Position numbers and translations under genes: made by a program. Shown here piece by piece: positions 56,108-64,000 of a stretch of 64,000 nt of DNA. The stretch lies in the NCBI GenBank assembly GCA_000004985.1, contig GG738894.1; one strand, given 5' to 3'. How positions within the stretch are numbered: position 1 is the first letter of the stretch; each line of letters opens with the position of its first letter. The DNA comes from Naegleria gruberi (lineage: Eukaryota). The notes beneath the pieces were generated by a model. That model was given only the letters and a program-made list of their open reading frames with translations. It was not told the origin of the DNA and searched no databases.

Positions 56108-56965
56108 ATGTACTCCTTCGCTACTCTCTACAAACCAGTCAAGAGCATCCTCTCCACTGATTCTGCTGACAAGGTTTCCATCTCTGTTTCCACCAAGGCT
56201 AACCCAGACTTCTCTGTTGCTGTTAGAGGTGCTAGAGCTAACGCTGATGGAAAGGTTGAATCCTCTCTCTCATGGAGCCAAAAGCTCAAGCAAGGTGGTG
56301 TTGCTTACACTGTTAACGGATCTTTGGATCAAGATGCCACTGTTGGTGTTACCGTTGTTGCTTCTGGTGTTGCTAAGGGTTTGAATGCTGATCTCTCAAG
56401 CAAGATGAAGACTGCTTGTGCTGATAACAAGGTCACTGGTAATTTGGATTACACTGCTGAAAAGTTCCACTTGACTGGTAACTTTGACCATACTTGTGGT
56501 GGTGCTCTCCTTTTGACTGCTACTGCCACTGCTCAAGTTGTTGAAGGTTTGGTTGTTGGTGGTGATGCTCAAATCAAGGCTTTGCCAAAGGAAGCTAACC
56601 CACTCAAGAAGTACACTGTTGGTGCTAGATACTCCATGAAGAATATTGATGTTGCCACACAATTGGAAGATTCTTTGAAGAAGATCAGAGTTGGTTATGC
56701 TCAAAAGATTGACGATAGTGTCTCCGTTGCTGGTGAATTTGCTCACGAACTTAAGAGTGACAAGGCTCCAGTTTTCACTCTCGGTACTCAATACAAGATT
56801 GATAGCGATTCTTCCATCAAGGCTAACATTAACACTAAGGGTATTGCTAATGCCACTTACTCTTTGACTGTTAACCCACGTTTGACTACTTCTATTTCTG
56901 CTGAAGCTGATGTCTTTGCTAAGAATGTTTCAAAGGTCGGTCTCTCCATCAATTACAGTGCTTAA
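56108..56965 (+). CDS. VDAC: Mitochondrial outer-membrane porin (VDAC)
   Basis: 286 aa beta-barrel. KAPVFTLGTQYKIDSDSSIKANINTKG closely matches Dictyostelium porin (APSFNVGTQYKIDSASLLKAKVNN). Start taken as ATG 56108; the ORF-track start at 56051 is TTG. Strong codon bias. Confidence 0.8.
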   Translation: MYSFATLYKPVKSILSTDSADKVSISVSTKANPDFSVAVRGARANADGKVESSLSWSQKLKQGGVAYTVNGSLDQDATVGVTVVASGVAKGLNADLSSKMKTACADNKVTGNLDYTAEKFHLTGNFDHTCGGALLLTATATAQVVEGLVVGGDAQIKALPKEANPLKKYTVGARYSMKNIDVATQLEDSLKKIRVGYAQKIDDSVSVAGEFAHELKSDKAPVFTLGTQYKIDSDSSIKANINTKGIANATYSLTVNPRLTTSISAEADVFAKNVSKVGLSINYSA

Positions 56966-57129
56966 ATTTACAACCTAGATTAAAAACTAAATTATAAAAC
57001 AAATAAAGCTGAGTAGGGAGCTTTGTGTAAAATAAGAGCCAACGATTGTTATTTACAAAATAATTTATTTTCTTTTACATCTGTTCCTGTATCAGTATTT
57101 ATTTACCTTTTGATTAGTGTTGAATCGAT

Positions 57130-57220
57130 GGTGAGTTGGTCGAGTGGTCTAAGACGACACGTTAAGGTATGATTAATACCGTGTTCCGCAAGGGCGTGGG
57201 TTCAAATCCCACACTCATCA
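57130..57220 (+). tRNA. tRNA-Leu(AAG) with an 11-nt intron (approximate coordinates)
   Basis: Type II tRNA. Acceptor GGTGAGT/ACTCATC with one G-U pair, and discriminator A. D-arm GTC-GAGTGGTCTAA-GAC. Anticodon stem ACACG/CGTGT with loop TTAAGG-[TATGATTAATA]-C, the intron sitting after position 37. Long variable arm. T-arm GTGGG-TTCAAAT-CCCAC. Confidence 0.7.
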
Positions 57221-57422
57221 GTTTTTAATTTAATGATCAAAATAAAATTTTATCTTCATTGCCATCAAAAATCATTTTAGTACTTTGTCAATCTTATTTC
57301 CTCTCACACCATTATTGTAGCGCGGAAGCAAGGTAATCCATCGAAAATCAATGGTGAGGTTGAACACGTGTTCAGATCATCAAACAAATATCAAGAGCTC
57401 GGAAAATTGCGATATAAAAAAA

Positions 57423-58274
57423 ATGTCTAAAAAGCAAACTACTGAAAAAAAGAGTGAACCTACAGTTGAAAAAACCACTGTCACCTCTGTTGGTAAATCA
57501 ACAAAGGAAGTTGTTAAAGGAAAGAGTTGGGGTAGAATTATTTTTAGTTCATACATTACTCTTGTAGTATTGTTGATTTTATTCTTGATCCTTCACCTCG
57601 CACACAATCACTTGGTTTACCAATCAAATCTTGTCACTCAACATGACTCTAGATTGAAGAGATTGTACAAGGAAGGAGAAAGAGCTGCACCTCTCTTCTC
57701 TCAAAATGTTAATGTTCTTCCACCTGCCATTGTTAATCCAATCAATCAAGTCATCAGATTAATTAATGATAATCCAAAAGTTAAAGAATTGAATATTAAT
57801 ATTCCTCTCTTCCCAATTAATGAATTTGTTGAAATTAATATTAGAGTTTCTTCAATCCCATTCATTGCTTTACTCATTGCTTTTGCCTACACAATGACTT
57901 CTAAAGTTCCAGTCATTTTGGGTCAAATCATTGAAGGAAATGGTAAATTGGACAATGATACTCCAAGAGAACAACAATCCAAGTTGACTGGATTCGGATC
58001 AAGAGCTTTGGGTGCTCACAATAACGCATTCGAAGCTTTGATTGGTTTTGGTATTATTGTTGCTGTCACTTTGCTCAGAATTAATGGTGATTCTAGTGAA
58101 CGTGCCTCATTGTTGGCTCTTTCATTGGTTAAGGAATCAATTTGTTTCATTGCTGCTAGAACTGTCTTCCAAATTGTTTATGTTTTGGGTTTCCCAGGAT
58201 TTATTAGAACTTTGGTTTGGGCTTTCGGATGGATTTCTGTTCTCTCATTGTACATTCAAAATGCTGTTTATTAA
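57423..58274 (+). CDS. MAPEG-family (microsomal GST/LTC4-synthase-like) membrane protein
   Basis: Four TM segments. …DNDTPREQQSKLTGFGSRALGAHNNAFEALIGFGIIV… matches the MAPEG motif (ER..RAH.N..E..P.F). Confidence 0.6.
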   Translation: MSKKQTTEKKSEPTVEKTTVTSVGKSTKEVVKGKSWGRIIFSSYITLVVLLILFLILHLAHNHLVYQSNLVTQHDSRLKRLYKEGERAAPLFSQNVNVLPPAIVNPINQVIRLINDNPKVKELNINIPLFPINEFVEINIRVSSIPFIALLIAFAYTMTSKVPVILGQIIEGNGKLDNDTPREQQSKLTGFGSRALGAHNNAFEALIGFGIIVAVTLLRINGDSSERASLLALSLVKESICFIAARTVFQIVYVLGFPGFIRTLVWAFGWISVLSLYIQNAVY

Positions 58275-58393
58275 ATTGTTAAATTATAATAATTGATTGA
58301 ATACAATTAACAAAAAAAAAATAACAAGTTCTTTCAAACTTTACCTAGAGTCATATTATGTTTTCAGATGTAATCATTTTTATTTTTCAGCAA

Positions 58394-58467
58394 GCCTTCC
58401 TAGCTCAGTTGGCAGTAGCGCTGTCCTAGTAAGACAGAGGTCTTGGGTTCGATTCCCAAGGGAGGCA
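58394..58467 (+). tRNA. tRNA-Thr(AGU) (approximate coordinates)
   Basis: Acceptor GCCTTCC/GGGAGGC with one G-U pair, and discriminator A. Anticodon stem CTGTC/GACAG with loop CTAGTAA (U33, AGT, A37). T-arm TTGGG-TTCGATT-CCCAA. The D-stem has one mismatch. Confidence 0.55.
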
Positions 58468-58916
58468 AATTTTTAACAGGTTTATTCAACCCACAACAAG
58501 CTAGATTGCAGCACGGGATCCCGCCTAAACTCGGAAATATTTCAACCAATTCTCTAAGAAATCTACCATCTTTCAGCAATTCCACACCATACAATCTTAA
58601 TTGTTCTTCTGGAATTGTTTTGAGAGCCATAATGATTATTTCTCTATCATCTCTGCACTCTAATGGTAACTGATGTAAGGGCTGGGTCACTCCAGACAAA
58701 CTTTCAAGCACTAACTCTCTATCTTGTAATAATTTCTTTGGAAAATGATTGAGAATGTACTAAGGTTTGCTTTTAGATTTTACCATTCTTGTCAATTCCT
58801 TATTCTTGTATCGCTCGCTTAGTGAATAGTAGGCATGTGGACACACAGATAAAACTGTTTCGACAAATACATTATTGTACACCAGGTCTGAAATTATATT
58901 GGACAAAATTAAGGGT

Positions 58917-59924
58917 TCAAAAAAGAAAAATGATGGATACTCTACCTTTTGGCATAAAGTAGAAAATATAATATCCAAGAGAGTTATGTTTTGCAACTAG
59001 TTGCAATAGAAAATCAACATTTTTCCACACAATACGCGGAAGATGGGCTATATCACTTTCGCTCCTCGATACACAATTCGTAACAATTTCCAAGTTTGAT
59101 CTCCATATTTCTGGAACTTGTGAAAGAGGTAAATGGCTTTTCGAAAACCTTTTTACAATTTCAAAGTTTTCACAATATTTCTTTGGAAATTGTAAGAAAC
59201 TTTCTGGATTGGCTCGTGTACATTTTTCAATAAAACTGTAATCATTCCTCAATCTTTCAGATAATTTACCAATGAAAGAGGTATTGTATCGTTTAGCTCT
59301 GATAACTATTTCTCCATCATCAAGAAAATCTTCCAAATCCTTATAGGCAACATAGTATTGAAATTTCATCACTTCCAACATGATTTCTCTATCCTTTTTA
59401 AATTGGATTGGTAGAAAACCATAGGGCAGCTGACTCTTAACTGCTCTCAACACAATTCTCCTATCCATTTTCATATTATCTGACAAATATTGATAGGAAG
59501 TAAAATTTGAATTTACAGCTTGGTAAGCAATTTGAAAATCATCACAAAATGCATGACCTTTCGGTAAAAACTGTAGACTAGAACCATTTTTCGAAACAGC
59601 AGCAAGTACCACATCATAATCATTACAAAAATTAGTAAATTTACATAAATAACCGGCCCACGATTTTACAAGTTCCATTGCAACAAATTTTTCATTCAAT
59701 AGCATGGGAGGAATAATTAAACGTCTGATGGCTCTCTTCTTTCGGGATTTTCTAATATTAACTAAAATCATTTGATAATTGACATGAAGAGCTACTGCTT
59801 CTTCAGATTGTTCTTGAATTTTGTCTTGTAATACATTGTAAAGTTTAGAATGATCATTGTGCATTGGCTGACCTGTATTTTCTAAATGTAAAGCAATATC
59901 TGAATAGTGATTGTTGTGAATCAT
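58917..59924 (-). CDS. DUF4116-repeat protein (hypothetical)
   Basis: Repeats of the form VVLAAVSKNGSSLQFLPKG…IVLRAVKSQLPYGFLPIQFKKDREIMLEVMK are typical of DUF4116. Confidence 0.5.
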   Translation of the reverse strand: MIHNNHYSDIALHLENTGQPMHNDHSKLYNVLQDKIQEQSEEAVALHVNYQMILVNIRKSRKKRAIRRLIIPPMLLNEKFVAMELVKSWAGYLCKFTNFCNDYDVVLAAVSKNGSSLQFLPKGHAFCDDFQIAYQAVNSNFTSYQYLSDNMKMDRRIVLRAVKSQLPYGFLPIQFKKDREIMLEVMKFQYYVAYKDLEDFLDDGEIVIRAKRYNTSFIGKLSERLRNDYSFIEKCTRANPESFLQFPKKYCENFEIVKRFSKSHLPLSQVPEIWRSNLEIVTNCVSRSESDIAHLPRIVWKNVDFLLQLVAKHNSLGYYIFYFMPKGRVSIIFLF

Positions 59925-60154
59925 TTTTTTTTAATTGAAATTTTAAATTTTGGAGAAATAGTAAGACGAAATTGACTTTTTTATTATTAGAATTGAGTGG
60001 ATATTTGAGGATGCATTAAAGCAGCTTTCTAACATTTTCTAATGTTTGTTCGCAACCCAGTTGTAGTCTATGGGTCAATACAACTAAATTGTGGAAGATA
60101 ACTTAATATTCATTGCAAGAAATGCGAGTTCAGCATCAGAAACTTAAAGTTGGA

Positions 60155-60853
60155 TTAATATAATACAAATTGAAAATAATTCTTTGCTTCAAGTAATAAT
60201 TTGTCTAATGGAATAGGATCAAACGAATCATTTGCAATCTTTTTGGGGAAAAGTGAAGACATTTCATCACAATTATGAGAGCTCGAATAGGTCAATCCTG
60301 GCATTCCATAAAATGCTTGAGAGTCGGCATTTCCAAGGTAAAGGAATTCGAATTTGTTAATTAATAAAATGATAATATCAAAATCTAAATCCACTTTGTG
60401 GTAGAGACATATTTTCCCACATTTTCTATATTCGATAGTAAATTGATCCAATCTATCAATATTGTTTTCACTGAAATATAGTGAGTTTGGTTCAAGGAAG
60501 TGAATCTTGTTCACTATTCCAACAAATGAATCGCTTTCTCTTATAAACTCATCCAAAATTTCAATAGCCAGTTTAGAATAGGATTTCTCACATTTTTCAT
60601 CAAGTAGATTATGGCTAGGACCAACTTCCAAACACTCATGATGAGAATCAACAAACAAATGTCTATAATTAATGACTGGCAAATGAGCAAAACATCCCTC
60701 ATTACAAACATGCCTTGCCAGTTTCTTTTGAAGCATTACGAAACTTTCTTTTCCATTATTATTCGAATTAATATTTTCATCATCATCGTCATCATAACTA
60801 ATAATCATCAAATCAGAAAATGGTGATGGCAAATCATCCTGAATTATTAACAT
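60155..60853 (-). CDS. Hypothetical protein. The 5' end abuts the N gap.
   Basis: 232-aa ORF whose start lies 17 nt from the gap at 60871, so it may be truncated. Confidence 0.4.
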   Translation of the reverse strand: MLIIQDDLPSPFSDLMIISYDDDDDENINSNNNGKESFVMLQKKLARHVCNEGCFAHLPVINYRHLFVDSHHECLEVGPSHNLLDEKCEKSYSKLAIEILDEFIRESDSFVGIVNKIHFLEPNSLYFSENNIDRLDQFTIEYRKCGKICLYHKVDLDFDIIILLINKFEFLYLGNADSQAFYGMPGLTYSSSHNCDEMSSLFPKKIANDSFDPIPLDKLLLEAKNYFQFVLY

Positions 60854-60870
60854 TTTCCTCCGTTTGTTAT

Positions 60871-60920
60871 NNNNNNNNNNNNNNNNNNNNNNNNNNNNNN
60901 NNNNNNNNNNNNNNNNNNNN
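60871..60920. other. Assembly gap (50 N)
   Basis: Run of N. Confidence 1.
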
Positions 60921-61909
60921 CGGATAGAGATGGAAATAATATTGTAATAATATTAATCCGTTTAACATGGAATTTTTACATAAATAAGCACTTTTTGGAA
61001 TTTTGCTTTGGCTTAATCAATTTCTGTTTAAGAGATTCCAAATATTCCACATCAAGTTCAATAATATTCTTTAACAGTTTTAAACCCAAATCGGTTCCGC
61101 TTAGTAATCTCACACAATCTAAGAATATTTCTTCCACATTTATGTTAAACTTGGCACTTGTCACAGAGGTATTTAACAATTCATATTGACTAATCTTGTC
61201 ATTCACAACTTGTTTAGCTTTCTCAGTAATTTCCCTCTTTTCTTCCTTCTCTTCTTCTGTGAAATCATCAACCTTATTCAATGCAAAAATTATTGGAATA
61301 CTTTTTAATTGTTCGATTCCTCTAACTCGAGCCATGAATTCCATATGATATCCTAAAGAGCAATCATCTATTGAACTAGGATCTGTCAGAGAGCAAACAA
61401 CTACAATACAATTGGAATTACAAAGGCATTGCTCTTTAAATAAATTACTTTCATACTCCTCATGTCCATCTACGAGAACTCCAAAATTTTGTAAATAATT
61501 GTTTTACTTACAGAAATCGAAAATATTAAATAAATATTGATCTCCACCAATTTCCACATATTTTCTGTAATTATCATCAATTGTTGGGGTGTTGTGTTCA
61601 AGGAAATTTCCCTGAATGAATTGAATAATTAGCGAACTTTTACCTAATTATTTCGAATAGGTTTAATTCAATAATAAACTCACCAACTCCTCCATCTCCA
61701 AGGAGAAGAATCTTAATTTCTTCATCATGATATTCATTTTCATTTCTAGTGATGGGAACTGTACTTAAAAATTGTTTCGTATAAAGTGTTAGAATAATCT
61801 TTCTTCGGAGATTTCCTATTTCCACCATTTGATTTTTAACTTGATCAAATTCTTCTCTGTTTTTCTCTTTAATTCTAACTTGACTTTCGAATAATTTCCA
61901 CCAAATATT
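60921..61909. repeat. Exact duplicate of 40139..41127 (offset +20782), bounded by N gaps
   Basis: Every block I compared is identical to the original, including the exon 2 region. It carries exons 3 and 2 and part of exon 1 of the F-box-Ras gene. The first base after the gap differs (cgg versus agg). Confidence 0.8.
60976..61909 (-). CDS. Partial second copy of the F-box-Ras-like GTPase (exons ~60976..61469, 61512..61643, 61684..gap)
   Basis: Identical sequence to 40194..41127. Truncated by the gap at 61910. Confidence 0.6.
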
Positions 61910-64000
61910 NNNNNNNNNNNNNNNNNNNNNNNNNNNNNNNNNNNNNNNNNNNNNNNNNNNNNNNNNNNNNNNNNNNNNNNNNNNNNNNNNNNNNNNNNNN
62001 NNNNNNNNNNNNNNNNNNNNNNNNNNNNNNNNNNNNNNNNNNNNNNNNNNNNNNNNNNNNNNNNNNNNNNNNNNNNNNNNNNNNNNNNNNNNNNNNNNNN
62101 NNNNNNNNNNNNNNNNNNNNNNNNNNNNNNNNNNNNNNNNNNNNNNNNNNNNNNNNNNNNNNNNNNNNNNNNNNNNNNNNNNNNNNNNNNNNNNNNNNNN
62201 NNNNNNNNNNNNNNNNNNNNNNNNNNNNNNNNNNNNNNNNNNNNNNNNNNNNNNNNNNNNNNNNNNNNNNNNNNNNNNNNNNNNNNNNNNNNNNNNNNNN
62301 NNNNNNNNNNNNNNNNNNNNNNNNNNNNNNNNNNNNNNNNNNNNNNNNNNNNNNNNNNNNNNNNNNNNNNNNNNNNNNNNNNNNNNNNNNNNNNNNNNNN
62401 NNNNNNNNNNNNNNNNNNNNNNNNNNNNNNNNNNNNNNNNNNNNNNNNNNNNNNNNNNNNNNNNNNNNNNNNNNNNNNNNNNNNNNNNNNNNNNNNNNNN
62501 NNNNNNNNNNNNNNNNNNNNNNNNNNNNNNNNNNNNNNNNNNNNNNNNNNNNNNNNNNNNNNNNNNNNNNNNNNNNNNNNNNNNNNNNNNNNNNNNNNNN
62601 NNNNNNNNNNNNNNNNNNNNNNNNNNNNNNNNNNNNNNNNNNNNNNNNNNNNNNNNNNNNNNNNNNNNNNNNNNNNNNNNNNNNNNNNNNNNNNNNNNNN
62701 NNNNNNNNNNNNNNNNNNNNNNNNNNNNNNNNNNNNNNNNNNNNNNNNNNNNNNNNNNNNNNNNNNNNNNNNNNNNNNNNNNNNNNNNNNNNNNNNNNNN
62801 NNNNNNNNNNNNNNNNNNNNNNNNNNNNNNNNNNNNNNNNNNNNNNNNNNNNNNNNNNNNNNNNNNNNNNNNNNNNNNNNNNNNNNNNNNNNNNNNNNNN
62901 NNNNNNNNNNNNNNNNNNNNNNNNNNNNNNNNNNNNNNNNNNNNNNNNNNNNNNNNNNNNNNNNNNNNNNNNNNNNNNNNNNNNNNNNNNNNNNNNNNNN
63001 NNNNNNNNNNNNNNNNNNNNNNNNNNNNNNNNNNNNNNNNNNNNNNNNNNNNNNNNNNNNNNNNNNNNNNNNNNNNNNNNNNNNNNNNNNNNNNNNNNNN
63101 NNNNNNNNNNNNNNNNNNNNNNNNNNNNNNNNNNNNNNNNNNNNNNNNNNNNNNNNNNNNNNNNNNNNNNNNNNNNNNNNNNNNNNNNNNNNNNNNNNNN
63201 NNNNNNNNNNNNNNNNNNNNNNNNNNNNNNNNNNNNNNNNNNNNNNNNNNNNNNNNNNNNNNNNNNNNNNNNNNNNNNNNNNNNNNNNNNNNNNNNNNNN
63301 NNNNNNNNNNNNNNNNNNNNNNNNNNNNNNNNNNNNNNNNNNNNNNNNNNNNNNNNNNNNNNNNNNNNNNNNNNNNNNNNNNNNNNNNNNNNNNNNNNNN
63401 NNNNNNNNNNNNNNNNNNNNNNNNNNNNNNNNNNNNNNNNNNNNNNNNNNNNNNNNNNNNNNNNNNNNNNNNNNNNNNNNNNNNNNNNNNNNNNNNNNNN
63501 NNNNNNNNNNNNNNNNNNNNNNNNNNNNNNNNNNNNNNNNNNNNNNNNNNNNNNNNNNNNNNNNNNNNNNNNNNNNNNNNNNNNNNNNNNNNNNNNNNNN
63601 NNNNNNNNNNNNNNNNNNNNNNNNNNNNNNNNNNNNNNNNNNNNNNNNNNNNNNNNNNNNNNNNNNNNNNNNNNNNNNNNNNNNNNNNNNNNNNNNNNNN
63701 NNNNNNNNNNNNNNNNNNNNNNNNNNNNNNNNNNNNNNNNNNNNNNNNNNNNNNNNNNNNNNNNNNNNNNNNNNNNNNNNNNNNNNNNNNNNNNNNNNNN
63801 NNNNNNNNNNNNNNNNNNNNNNNNNNNNNNNNNNNNNNNNNNNNNNNNNNNNNNNNNNNNNNNNNNNNNNNNNNNNNNNNNNNNNNNNNNNNNNNNNNNN
63901 NNNNNNNNNNNNNNNNNNNNNNNNNNNNNNNNNNNNNNNNNNNNNNNNNNNNNNNNNNNNNNNNNNNNNNNNNNNNNNNNNNNNNNNNNNNNNNNNNNNN
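61910..64000. other. Assembly gap (2091 N)
   Basis: Run of N to the window end. Confidence 1.

Noticed and set aside
58400-58711. ORFs overlapping tRNA-Thr (58400..58711 on the minus strand and 58443..58673 on the plus strand)
   Set aside because: They span a tRNA gene and AT-rich spacer and show no coding periodicity. They are spurious.
1-64000. Prokaryotic-type features (CRISPR, operons, IS elements, rho-independent terminators)
   Set aside because: The sequence is clearly eukaryotic: spliceosomal introns, intron-containing tRNA, and eukaryote-specific gene families. No CRISPR-like or IS-like structure is present. No transposon or retroelement ORFs (RT, integrase) were seen.
61910-64000. 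Terminal 2.1 kb
   Set aside because: It is all N, an assembly gap with no interpretable sequence.

Overview
This is eukaryotic nuclear DNA, not prokaryotic. It is moderately AT-rich, with poly-N/Q/S low-complexity coding, short GTAAGT...AG introns of 40-130 nt, and intron-containing tRNAs. The proteins point to an amoebozoan (dictyostelid-like) genome: a VDAC very close to Dictyostelium porin, RWP-RK factors, many F-box proteins and a SUV39-type SET protein. The N gaps mark a draft assembly. About 60 kb is real sequence; 61910-64000 is all N.

The window is gene-dense, with about 40 protein-coding genes on both strands. Recognisable products include a receptor-type class III nucleotidyl cyclase with tandem periplasmic-binding-protein ectodomains, a patatin-like phospholipase, eEF2, a V-ATPase subunit d, a VDAC/porin, an SLC25A38-like mitochondrial carrier, NTAQ1, an isochorismatase-family protein, an RCC1-repeat protein, a BTB protein, a MAPEG protein, two trypsin-like proteases, and a secreted PstS/DING-like phosphate-binding protein.

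Several architectures are unusual. These are a 7TM-RGS protein, an ankyrin-RGS-START protein, a divergent G-alpha, an F-box-like N-terminus fused to a CaaX Ras-like GTPase, an H2A histone-fold plus F-box protein, a secreted lysine-rich protein with Cys-containing tandem repeats, and two tandem RWP-RK paralogs.

RNA genes are tRNA-Leu(AAG) with an 11-nt intron, tRNA-Thr(AGU), a degenerate tRNA-Ala fragment, and a candidate Pol III-type ncRNA ending in T8.

Many genes are split by short introns that the ORF track shows as separate ORFs; I joined them by hand. Intron coordinates are anchored on the ORF-track ends and should be treated as +/-1-2 nt. Two probable frameshifts sit in low-complexity repeats. 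An ~85-bp element is shared by the 5' flanks of two tandem genes. An exact ~1-kb duplication of the Ras-like gene abuts the N gaps.
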